64,000 nucleotides of DNA from Tetramitus jugosus (lineage: Eukaryota > Protista > Heterolobosea), in contig OW569354.1 of the NCBI GenBank assembly GCA_937625935.1, forward strand, positions 62,001 through 126,000. The letters run 5' to 3'. The first letter of the stretch is position 1, and each line of letters starts with the position of its first letter. This document shows positions 24,796 through 33,401 of the stretch, piece by piece. The translations under genes were made by a program, and so were the position numbers. Under the pieces are notes generated by a model. It had not been told where the DNA came from. It made no database searches and worked only from the letters and a program-made list of their open reading frames with translations.

Positions 24796-25817
24796 TTAGA
24801 AGAAGCCCTTCTTGAATCCCTTCTTGAAGAACTTTCTAGTTCCCTTGAACTTCATTCTCTTGAATCCCTTGTGCTTCTTGTGCTTGTGCTTATGCTTTCC
24901 ATGAGCAACAACAATGTGTTGATGAGATGGAGGATGGGCGGTATAGCCATAGGCTGGTGCAGCATGCACAGGATATCCACTGGATGGAGCTGGAGCTACA
25001 CCATATGGTTGATGATGAACTGGAGGCACACCATAAGCTGGCTGTGGAGGAGGCACGTTATACACTGGAGGTGGTGCACCATAAGCTTGTGGAGGAGCTC
25101 CATAACTTGGTTGTGGTGCATATGCTTGTTGAGGAGGGTAAGCTTGTTGTGGTTGTGGAGGATAAGCCTGTTGTGGTGGATAAGCTTGTTGTGGATATGG
25201 CTGTTGAGGAGGATAAGCTTGTGGTTGAGGAGGGTAAGCTTGCTGTGGAGGATAAGCTTGTTGAGGTTGCTGTGGATAACCATACGCTGGTTGCGGTTGG
25301 TGAGTGACGCCAAAATCTACGGCGGTCAATTCGACAGTCACATTTCCGGAGCGAACACCGCCCAAGGTGTGTGTTTGTCTTGTTGGTTGACCTCTGACGA
25401 GTGAAGCAAGTGAGATGACGCAGCTACCCATTGGATCATTGGAACCAATCATATCATAGTCATAGAATTGAAGCTTCAAGGTGTCAATTGTTGGGTTGCT
25501 CACAGGGAAGGTGTGAGTCTCATTGTACACTGGGTTGAGTTGCTTGTATTTGGTGGCAGATTTCTTGGTTGTTTTACCCACGGTCAAGTAGACATAAGGA
25601 TCTTTGAGTAAAAAAAATTATGATCATTATTGGGTTAGTGCCAATCACATTGGTAATCTGATAACACCTGGTTGAGCTTTCGAACAACAAAAAAGCTTTT
25701 TTTCCAGTTGTTGCCTTATATGAGAAAATAATAGTTGGTTGTCTTACCTGAGGTACCACCCATGTCCTTGGCAACGAGTTGGTTAGCTTGAATGAGAACA
25801 ACTTTGAGAGTTGGCAT
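24796..25817 (-). CDS. C2-domain protein with XYPPX (QQAYPP) repeats and a basic-aromatic tail; intron 25602-25747
   Basis: Exon 1 MPTLKVVLIQANQLVAKDMGGTS splices to DPYVYL...LNPVYNETHTF...YDYDMIGSNDPMG (Ca-binding Asp residues). Followed by PQQAYPP repeats. Confidence 0.85.
25120..25300 (-). repeat. Coding tandem repeats (QAYPPQ units)
   Basis: Recurrent GGATAAGCTTG/GGGTAAGCTTG units on the plus strand. Boundaries approximate. Confidence 0.8.
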
Positions 25818-26184
25818 TATTGTGTGATTGATGAATGAGAAAGCGGATTACTTGTTTCGTTTGTTGGGAGGAATTTTTCTCTGTGGGCCGGGAGACGGTG
25901 ATTTTGTGAACCAAGGATTCACTCGATGGATGACATTGGTTTACGACAAATGATTCCAGAACTATGCTGGAGGGAACAAGGGGAACTTACCGATTAAGAA
26001 TGTGAAATTCTCCTTCTCCTTTATCTGTTGTAATTTTTTTCCTGTCGGGAAAAAAAAGAGCGAAACTTCACCAAACTAAAACGAAGTTGTCTCTCAGATC
26101 ATGTCTGTTTTTGTCCCAAACACGTCATTGTGGTATCTTTTCAAGATCTGTTAACAAAATTGAACAAGTAAGATCAATACAACC

Positions 26185-27453
26185 ATGTCATTTGTTCAAG
26201 ACGCTGCAGATTCATTGCTCTATCATTCCAAGGAGAAATCCCCAACAACTTACCACCAATCCATGAAAGCAGTTGTTTGGGAATCAGACGACAAAGTGTC
26301 CATGGTTGACCGACCAAAACCCGAGGTGTTAGAACCAGGTGATGCCATTATCCGAATCACGTCAGCCTCTCTTTGTGGAAGCGATTTGCACTTCTTCCAT
26401 CATGACTTCTCAGGAATAAAGAAGGGTGATGTGTTGGGTCACGAGGCGATGGGAATCATTGATTCTGTTGATTCTGGCGTTAACAGTTTTAAGGTCGGAG
26501 ATCGCGTGGTGATTTCTCCCGTATTATCGGATGGAACATGTAAATATTGCAAAGCTGGTTGGCCAGATAGTTGCGAGGCAACTAACACGAATGAGCAATC
26601 AAAGAGTGGGTACGGTCGAAAACACGTCGGTTTATTGGGAGATTGTCACATGACAGGAGGAGGTCACGATGGGGTTTTTGCTGAATACACTCGTATTCCC
26701 TATGCTGATTACAATTTGCTGAAAATTCCCAATTATCTACCAGATGAGAAGGTTCTGTTCCTCTCAGAGAGTCTCACATCCGCATGGCACGCTTGTGAGA
26801 ATGCAGAGATTAACAAGGATACAAAAACTGTGGCTTTGTATGGTTGTGGACCAGTGGGCTTATCCATTATCATGTGGATCAAGAAAGTGAGAGCACCAGA
26901 GTGTCAAGTAATTGCCATTGATTCTGTTCCGGAGAGGTTGAACAAGGCATGGCAATTGGGAGCAAGCCACATGATCAACTATCAAAAAGAGAATGTTCTC
27001 GAGAGGTTGAATCAGCTTGTGCCTGAAGGTCCTGATGCTTGCATTGATGCCGTTGGCTTTCTTAAGAATTCCCACGGGTTTTTGAGCAGAGTGGAACATG
27101 TACTTGGAATAGACACTCCATCTTGTCCAAAGGTCATCTCTCAATGCATCAGAGTAGTCAAGAAGCGTGGAATCGTGTCGATCATTGGAGATTATTCAGG
27201 AGATTGTGATGGTTTTCCCATTGGAGACTTGTTTGAGAAGGGAATTACTTTGCGAGCAGGTATCGTTCCTGTTCAAAGGTATTGGAAGCAATTGTTGGAG
27301 TACATTGATCAGGGAATGATCGATCCAACACAGTTAGTGACTCATTACTTTGCGCTCGACAAAGTCGAAGAGGCGTTCCAAATGTTTGACAAGAGAGGAC
27401 AGGGAGCAATTAAGATTCTCATTCAACCAGACATGCCCTTCAGTACCTCCTAG
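26185..27453 (+). CDS. Zinc-dependent medium-chain dehydrogenase (formaldehyde dehydrogenase-like, YbdR-type)
   Basis: 'LCGSDLH', 'LGHEAMG', 'VGDRVV', structural Zn site 'DGTCKYCKAGWPDSC', Rossmann motif 'GCGPVG'. Confidence 0.92.
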   Translation: MSFVQDAADSLLYHSKEKSPTTYHQSMKAVVWESDDKVSMVDRPKPEVLEPGDAIIRITSASLCGSDLHFFHHDFSGIKKGDVLGHEAMGIIDSVDSGVNSFKVGDRVVISPVLSDGTCKYCKAGWPDSCEATNTNEQSKSGYGRKHVGLLGDCHMTGGGHDGVFAEYTRIPYADYNLLKIPNYLPDEKVLFLSESLTSAWHACENAEINKDTKTVALYGCGPVGLSIIMWIKKVRAPECQVIAIDSVPERLNKAWQLGASHMINYQKENVLERLNQLVPEGPDACIDAVGFLKNSHGFLSRVEHVLGIDTPSCPKVISQCIRVVKKRGIVSIIGDYSGDCDGFPIGDLFEKGITLRAGIVPVQRYWKQLLEYIDQGMIDPTQLVTHYFALDKVEEAFQMFDKRGQGAIKILIQPDMPFSTS

Positions 27454-27607
27454 CCTTGACTTGTTTTTTCTTCCTCAGAAAAAGTTCTGGCCAAGTTCGC
27501 TCGAGTCTCGAACATTACAGAAAATAAAAACCAGTCATTTGAAATTGAACTTTGCCAAACAAACCCGATCAGAGCAACAACAAAGAACAAAGCGCAAAAC
27601 TGAACAA

Positions 27608-29065
27608 ATGACCAGAAGGAAGACTGAAAACCAAAAGTTGTTTGTCCAATGGGGAGGTGCCATTCAGGAGGAAACAGGATTAGTGATTGTTGATACTCAA
27701 AGAAACCGTTCCCACAACGCTCAAAAACAAAAGCTTCAAAAGGCGGCACGTGAGGCCTATCGTAAGAAGAGAGTGAGTAATTACCATGTGCTGAAGGGGA
27801 TTGATCCTTCTTATGTGCTCGATCATTATTGGGGACCTAGTAAAACCGAGAAGAAGAAATTCAAGGAGTTTTCTCGCCATTCTTCCATTTTACCATTGGA
27901 TATCATTGATTATGCCATTCCATTCCTGAGCACGGCAGATGTTTATCGATCGTTGATGACTGTGAGTCAATCAGTGTTCACTATCGCATGGAATCAATTG
28001 AACACGGAGCAGGTTATTCTTAATTGCCTCAAACATGGATATTGTGACACTTTGGAGCGTTGTTTCAATGAAGGTAAAGGACAGGGTATCTTAGCAAGTC
28101 CGTTGTACCATAACTTGAGGGATGAACTTAAGGAGAAGAGTGATGAAACAATGTTGCGATTATTTAAATTATTGAGCGAGTACTACTCAATCTCGTGGCT
28201 CAATAGTACAATGTTGGAAAATATCTTTCTAGGCTGTGCTCAGGAGGGGCATCATAAAGTGGTAGAGCATCTGTTGTCTCTGATGACAGAGTCAGACTAC
28301 TCTAGAACTTTTGCCAAGTATTTAACATTGGCAGTGTATCGCTTCTCTCTCGACGTACAGTGTAGGTTGCTTGTCGATGGGAGAGTTCAACTCCGCAAGG
28401 ATTTACAAAAGAAGATGTTTCAACATGCGATCACACAGATGAACAACAATGCACTTGACGATATCTTGAGAGTGGGTTCTGTACGACCTAGATTCAACAA
28501 GAATGCCATGTTGAAGCTCGCTTGTCGTTGCAACAATGTTTATGCTGTGACATGTCTCATTAAGAATTCATCGATTCATCCAGCATACAATGACAATGAA
28601 CCATTGTACATAGCGTACATTAATGATGCCATCGACGTGTTTAGTGTGCTATTGGCAGATGAGAGAGTTGGTTTGACTCATCAGGGCAAGTCCATATTGA
28701 TTGAAGCTGCGATACACGGTAAATCGGCAATGGTAAAGCTCCTACTGGATCATCCAAGCTATCAACCAGAGTTGTTGAACAAAGAATTCATTAGTATATG
28801 CAGTCAGTACAATGGCGAATACCGGAACTTGGAGACCATAAAGTTGTTGAGCTACAACGATCGGATTAATCCTGCAGCGAATAACAATCAAGCTCTTTTG
28901 ACAGCGATTCATAGTGGAAGGCTAGACGTAGTCCAACTGTTGATTAAGAATCCCAGGGTTGATCCTGCATTGAATGATCATGCAGCATTGAGCTTAGCAA
29001 ATCGAATGGTGGAGAAGAAACCCAACAGCCTTCAGAGGAAGGATATTGTGCAATTGCTCACGTGA
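27608..29065 (+). CDS. F-box-like + ankyrin-repeat protein
   Basis: 'ILPLDIIDYAIPFLSTADVYRSLMTVSQ' is F-box-like. Repeats include 'DRINPAANNNQALLTAIHSGRLDVVQLLIKNPRVDPALNDHAAL'. First ATG is at 27608. Confidence 0.75.
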   Translation: MTRRKTENQKLFVQWGGAIQEETGLVIVDTQRNRSHNAQKQKLQKAAREAYRKKRVSNYHVLKGIDPSYVLDHYWGPSKTEKKKFKEFSRHSSILPLDIIDYAIPFLSTADVYRSLMTVSQSVFTIAWNQLNTEQVILNCLKHGYCDTLERCFNEGKGQGILASPLYHNLRDELKEKSDETMLRLFKLLSEYYSISWLNSTMLENIFLGCAQEGHHKVVEHLLSLMTESDYSRTFAKYLTLAVYRFSLDVQCRLLVDGRVQLRKDLQKKMFQHAITQMNNNALDDILRVGSVRPRFNKNAMLKLACRCNNVYAVTCLIKNSSIHPAYNDNEPLYIAYINDAIDVFSVLLADERVGLTHQGKSILIEAAIHGKSAMVKLLLDHPSYQPELLNKEFISICSQYNGEYRNLETIKLLSYNDRINPAANNNQALLTAIHSGRLDVVQLLIKNPRVDPALNDHAALSLANRMVEKKPNSLQRKDIVQLLT

Positions 29066-29299
29066 CACATGTGAATTGCGATTCGGGAACTGGGAACGAA
29101 AAAAGAAGACCTTTACAAAAACTTGTCGATCAAGAATGACTATTTTTCTCGAAATAACTCGGTTGAGTGACAAAGGTTGAGTCGGATAGATCCCGAAAAT
29201 AGGGATTGTGAATAAAAAGGAAGGTGTTTTTGAGCTAGCTGCACACTCCTCTAACAACAAGAAACGCAACAAGAACCAAGTACAATCAATACACACAAA

Positions 29300-30055
29300 A
29301 TGGTCGATATCATTAAGAAGGATCTGAAAACTGAACAACTGACAAATATCATTGAGACACAACCTGTCTTGGACAAGGTGGAAACTCTTGTTCACAAGGA
29401 TGTCATTGAGAGAGAACACATTCATGAGACTATCAAGCAAGATGAGATTGAGATTCATGAGAAGCCAATTCTCAAGGAAGTTCTTCATCCTCAACGAGAG
29501 ATTCACGTGCAGGAAAAGGACGAGTATGAAACTATTGGACTCAATGAGGCTCAACTTCAAAGAGACAGATTGTTGAGAGATATGAGAGAAGCTGACTCAT
29601 CCCACCGTGTTATTATGGAAGAGAAGAGAGATGTGACTGTAGAGCACATGGCTCCTACTCTGGACCAAGAGAGAATTTTGACAAGAGAGGTCATTGAAAA
29701 GCCAATAGTCACTGAAGTTCATCATCAACCAGTCAAGGAGGTTCATGAACGTGAGATTCACAAGACTGTGTACGAACAGCCTTTTGTCAAGGTTATTCGT
29801 GATGCGCCAAGTGTTGAGACCGTGTCATCCACTACTTTTATGGAGACTGGTCCTGTCGCTTCATCCACCTTTGTTCATGATCCGACAGCAACCACTTTTA
29901 CAACTGGTACCTACACCACTGCTCCTACAGCAGTCCCAGTTACAACTACCACTCAAAGTTCATCCTTTGGAAACAAGTTGAGCAATTTTAAGGAGAACGT
30001 CAAGGAGAAGTTACACATGGGTGGACAAGACACTACCACAACAAGAAAGTTGTAA
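29300..30055 (+). CDS. Hydrophilic E/H/V/I-rich repeat protein of unknown function
   Basis: Clean ORF after a CAA-rich leader. Two blocks resemble 'EVIEKPIVTEVHHQPVKEVHEREIH'; the tail is Thr-rich. Confidence 0.75.
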   Translation: MVDIIKKDLKTEQLTNIIETQPVLDKVETLVHKDVIEREHIHETIKQDEIEIHEKPILKEVLHPQREIHVQEKDEYETIGLNEAQLQRDRLLRDMREADSSHRVIMEEKRDVTVEHMAPTLDQERILTREVIEKPIVTEVHHQPVKEVHEREIHKTVYEQPFVKVIRDAPSVETVSSTTFMETGPVASSTFVHDPTATTFTTGTYTTAPTAVPVTTTTQSSSFGNKLSNFKENVKEKLHMGGQDTTTTRKL

Positions 30056-30152
30056 ATTGTAAATATAAAATAATCTTCATTGTAATCAATGATTTGTTCC
30101 TTATTGTACAAACAGAGACCCTTTATTTGGATTGGTTGGTGGTATGATACAA

Positions 30153-31202
30153 TTAAATAAACTTGTGCTCAGCAAACCAAGTCAGAGTGTCCAACAATGT
30201 GTCCTCTCTTGGTCTTAGTGTGACTTCTGGAGCCAAGGTTAGCAAAGTAGAGATATCAACCTTGAAAGTCTTCTTTTCAGCATCTTCCAAATCACCTTCT
30301 ACGACTGGAGTAATGGATGAAAATTTTTGTGCCAAAGGATGATCTTCAGGCAACTTTTCCAAGGCATATTTCCTCAATTGGAGGAGGTCCTTTGCCCAAA
30401 CAGATCCGGAAGCGGCCATGAACAGTCTCTTGTTTGCGCAATTGTCACGTTTTGCCACAGCAATATGAGCCTGGGCAATGTCTCGTACGTCGACCAAGGC
30501 AGGTGATGGAATGGCTTTTACAGATGACTGCTCGAACAATGTTTTCAACTGTCCCATAAACACCTTGAGGGAAGTATTGAATTCACTCGTGGATTGGTAG
30601 TCGTTCAATGGTGGACCGAGAACGTAGCCTGGGAGCAACGTAGTCACACCAAATGAAGGCTTCTCTGTTTCCACAAAGTTCCATGCAGCTTTCTCACTCA
30701 CAGTCTTGGAGTATGGATAAGGAGAGGTGGCAGCTGTAGCTTCCGTGTTCCAATCCTTCTCAGTGTACACCTTGTCCGGAATAATGTTCAATAGATTGAA
30801 GATCGCAGTACCCGAACCAGTAATGACCACGCGCTTCACCGTAGAAGCGGCATATTTTTGACAGGCGCGCAAAATGCTCAATGTTCCTTCAACGGCTGGA
30901 ACTACGATATCCCGCTCGACATTCTCCGACGTGTAAAAGTAGGGGGAAGCAACGTGAAACACGAAATGGACACCTTGGACAACAGAGTCAAACGCAGAAT
31001 CATCAGTCAAGTTTGCGACTTGATGCCACTCAATCTTTTTTCCCACACGTTCAGCGTAATCGTTCAGATGCTTCACCTTGTGAGTTTCAGACAGGTTTCT
31101 CATGGTAGCACGGATCTGATTGATACTGGCATCATCGAGCAATTGGTGAATAATGTGAGAGGCAATGTAGCCTGATCCTCCAGTAACGAGAACAACAGAC
31201 AT
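30153..31202 (-). CDS. Extended SDR: NAD(P)-dependent aldehyde reductase / dihydroflavonol-reductase-like
   Basis: 'VLVTGGSGYIASH', 'VFHVASP', 'PAVEGTLSIL', catalytic 'YPYSK', 'VDVRDIAQAH'. Confidence 0.93.
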   Translation of the reverse strand: MSVVLVTGGSGYIASHIIHQLLDDASINQIRATMRNLSETHKVKHLNDYAERVGKKIEWHQVANLTDDSAFDSVVQGVHFVFHVASPYFYTSENVERDIVVPAVEGTLSILRACQKYAASTVKRVVITGSGTAIFNLLNIIPDKVYTEKDWNTEATAATSPYPYSKTVSEKAAWNFVETEKPSFGVTTLLPGYVLGPPLNDYQSTSEFNTSLKVFMGQLKTLFEQSSVKAIPSPALVDVRDIAQAHIAVAKRDNCANKRLFMAASGSVWAKDLLQLRKYALEKLPEDHPLAQKFSSITPVVEGDLEDAEKKTFKVDISTLLTLAPEVTLRPREDTLLDTLTWFAEHKFI

Positions 31203-31420
31203 GTTTTAAAGAAGTTTTTGTTTGATTTTGTTTGTTTTTTGTTGTAGCTGATCACACAAGAGATCCAAGCCTCGAACTTTTGAGGGGTCCGCGCATCGCC
31301 ACTGGCGAATAGCGAACCATTACCAAGAGTGGCGTTCTTCCGAATTGTGCACAGATGTTCCACCCAACAAGGCAGTGCGCTTGCGAAGCGTTTTGCGTGC
31401 CGAGCTTGCGACGGTTCTTT

Positions 31421-31435
31421 CTTTTTTGTATTTTT
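31421..31435 (+). repeat. Target-site duplication, copy 1 (CTTTTTTGTATTTTT)
   Basis: Identical to 32247-32261. Confidence 0.85.
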
Positions 31436-32246
31436 TGCTCACTTTATTGTCTTTTGTTTTCTTCGGCCATCGCTCTTGATTAATTCTGCGTCATTGTTGT
31501 TTCGCTTTTGTTGTGGTGAAGAGGTGAAGGAGAGTCGTGATACATCTCCGTTTCACCCCATTCACATAAATTCTTGCTTTTTTTACGGCCACTGCTACTC
31601 TGACTCCACTGGCTACCAAGCCATCGGTGATATCTTCGATGGCACTCGTTTCGATGCCCATCATACCTGTTAGATATTCTCTGCTAGTCCACCGCAGTGC
31701 TCTTTTTTCAATCTTTCCGTTCTTGAGTCTAACATTATCGAACCATATGTCGATACAACTGTCAGCTGACACTCCCAGGCTAATTAGTTCCTTACCCACT
31801 GTCAGTGCTAGACACCGTCTAGCATGGACAGACCTGGAACAACGTACCAAGCAGTGTAAGACACTCTCGGGTTCTTTTTTGCACCAGGAGCACATGATAG
31901 ACGCATCATGGGGGTTGTAAAGGCCTCTAACAACTTCCTCTGTGTGGAGAGTTCCACTTCTCACTTGAAGTTGGAACCATTCTATCCACACCATGAGGAT
32001 ATTTCAGGAAGGAAAAGTCAGCACCACTGTAATTTGCTGCCTTTTGCCACCACCATCTGTCACTGCCCTCCACTCGACTATTGCGCTCTTGATCAAACAA
32101 GGATTGAAGGTGCTGTCTACTCTCTACCCTCAGTTCACCTTTATACAATGCAGGCTCGTCACACGACCGGAGACTTCGGCATGGACAATTACACTCTCTC
32201 ATTTGAGAGATCAAGATACTAAGCAACTGATGCCTCTGTGCACCCA
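31436..32246 (-). mobile_element. 5'-truncated non-LTR (LINE) retrotransposon inserted upstream of tRNA-Lys
   Basis: Encodes a LINE ORF2 C-terminus with the CCHC knuckle 'RSGTLHT...CSWCKKEPESVLHCLVRC'. AATAAA and a short A-run mark the 3' end. Flanked by a 15-bp direct repeat. Confidence 0.85.
31491..32246 (-). pseudogene. LINE ORF2 C-terminal fragment with one frameshift near 31980-31990
   Basis: ORF 31927-32247 ('...WWWQKAANYSGADFSFLKYPHGVDR') continues into ORF 31491-31994 ('WFQLQVRSGTLHT...') if one A in AGAATGG is removed. Confidence 0.7.
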
Positions 32247-32261
32247 CTTTTTTGTATTTTT
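32247..32261 (+). repeat. Target-site duplication, copy 2 (CTTTTTTGTATTTTT)
   Basis: Identical to 31421-31435; ends 39 nt before the tRNA-Lys 5' end. Confidence 0.85.
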
Positions 32262-32300
32262 CCGATTCGGGATATTTATTCGGAAATTAGCAACATCCAA

Positions 32301-32373
32301 GCCCGTCTAGCTCAGTCGGTAGAGCGCAAGGCTCTTAACCTTGTGGTCGAGGGTTCGAGCCCCTCGGTGGGCG
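32301..32373 (+). tRNA. tRNA-Lys (anticodon CTT)
   Basis: GCCCGTC TA GCTCAGTCGGTAGAGC G CAAGG CTCTTAA CCTTG TGGTC GAGGG TTCGAGC CCCTC GGTGGGC G; T4 terminator downstream. Confidence 0.97.
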
Positions 32374-32393
32374 ATGTACTTTTGCTCCTCTTC

Positions 32394-33170
32394 TTACTCT
32401 GCGTAGGCTTTGATCTGCCTAACTTCTATGAAATCTTCATGGTCATCGCATTTGGCTTCAATCCGTAGATAACGTGTCGTTGGTATCGAACATTGAATGA
32501 TTGTTGGATGAGTATGCACAGTACCATAACCACCATCGTCCCCTTCACTGCCCAATTGTGGTAGGAAGGGTGCTACAGGTGTCCAATCGAGGCCCAAGTT
32601 CCAGTCAGTGTCATTCACCGATGGTGCTGCAAGTGTAGGCAGCGTTGTCCCATGCCAATACACTCGTACATGTGACACATTTCCATCGCTGATCATACTG
32701 TACACAAAGAGTCTAGAAACGGGCACGACGCGACCCAGGTCCACAATGAGAACTCCAATCGAATGACCTGGTTGTTCATTCACCCATGTCGTACCACAGT
32801 CTGGCATCGATCGATACGACATCGTTATTGGATCACCGCCAACTAGACTCTTGGCCGGTTCGTCCAATAGCATTCCATTGTTGACCCAACCAGAGTGAAC
32901 TTGTCCGTTGAGTGTTCCTGGATTGTAAACCGTGGCGCCACTCAATCCTCCAATCTCAATCGCACGCGCATACCCACCCGTATTCAAATCATTCAACAAA
33001 TTTTCAGGCAACTGCAAATGGATTGGATGTACATCATCCACCACATCTTCATCCACACCATTGTCAATCAAACGTCTCTTCTCACGTCTCGTACTCTCCA
33101 ACTCTTCCGTAGAAGTCAACAGATCCAATCCAAAAAAGTCCGCCTCTACCAAAATTTTTCTCTTCAAGCT
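32394..33170 (-). pseudogene. 3' half of a BTB/POZ + galactose-binding/discoidin-like host gene disrupted by the CACTA element
   Basis: Starts with the end of a KCTD-type BTB domain 'SLKRKILVEADFFGL'. Then 'LIVDLGRVVPVSRLFVY...TTRYLRIEAK...FIEVRQIKAY' is F5/8C-like. No ATG of its own at the junction. Confidence 0.8.
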
Positions 33171-33194
33171 CACTACTAGCGGATTAGGTAATTT
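33171..33194 (+). repeat. Left terminal inverted repeat CACTACTAGCGGATTAGGTAATTT
   Basis: Reverse complement of 38686-38709 is CACTACTAACAGATGAGGTAGTTT. Confidence 0.9.
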
Positions 33195-33360
33195 TACCTA
33201 GGTAAACTCTACCTAGTAGGTGACGCTTTTTACCTGGTATTCTGAGAACCAGGTAAAATATGATGCATAACCAGGTAATTGAACTAGGTAGAAACCAGGT
33301 AAAATACTAGGTCAATGGATGTGACAAATAGTGAATTGAACCAGGTAATTTTATCTAGTA
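33184..33360. repeat. Left subterminal array of ACYAGGTAA-like motifs in both orientations
   Basis: Repeated ACCAGGTAA / ACTAGGTA / TTACCTGGT / TTACCTAGG. Confidence 0.85.
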
Positions 33361-33401
33361 TGAACAGAAGCAAGTAAATGAATGAAGCTTATGTATCAGT
33401 T

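Noticed and set aside
24790-25404. 204-aa plus-strand ORF and other overlapping ORFs
   Set aside because: Antisense shadows of the QAYPPQ repeat region of the C2 gene.
31296-31316. Resemblance to lacZ-alpha vector sequence (TTCGCTATTACGCCAGCTGGCGA)
   Set aside because: Only about 21 nt with two gaps and no flanking vector sequence; treated as chance.
32301-32373. Functional link between this tRNA-Lys and the ELP1/CTU2 pair
   Set aside because: The anticodon is CTT (C34), not an Elongator/CTU substrate, and it lies 24 kb away.
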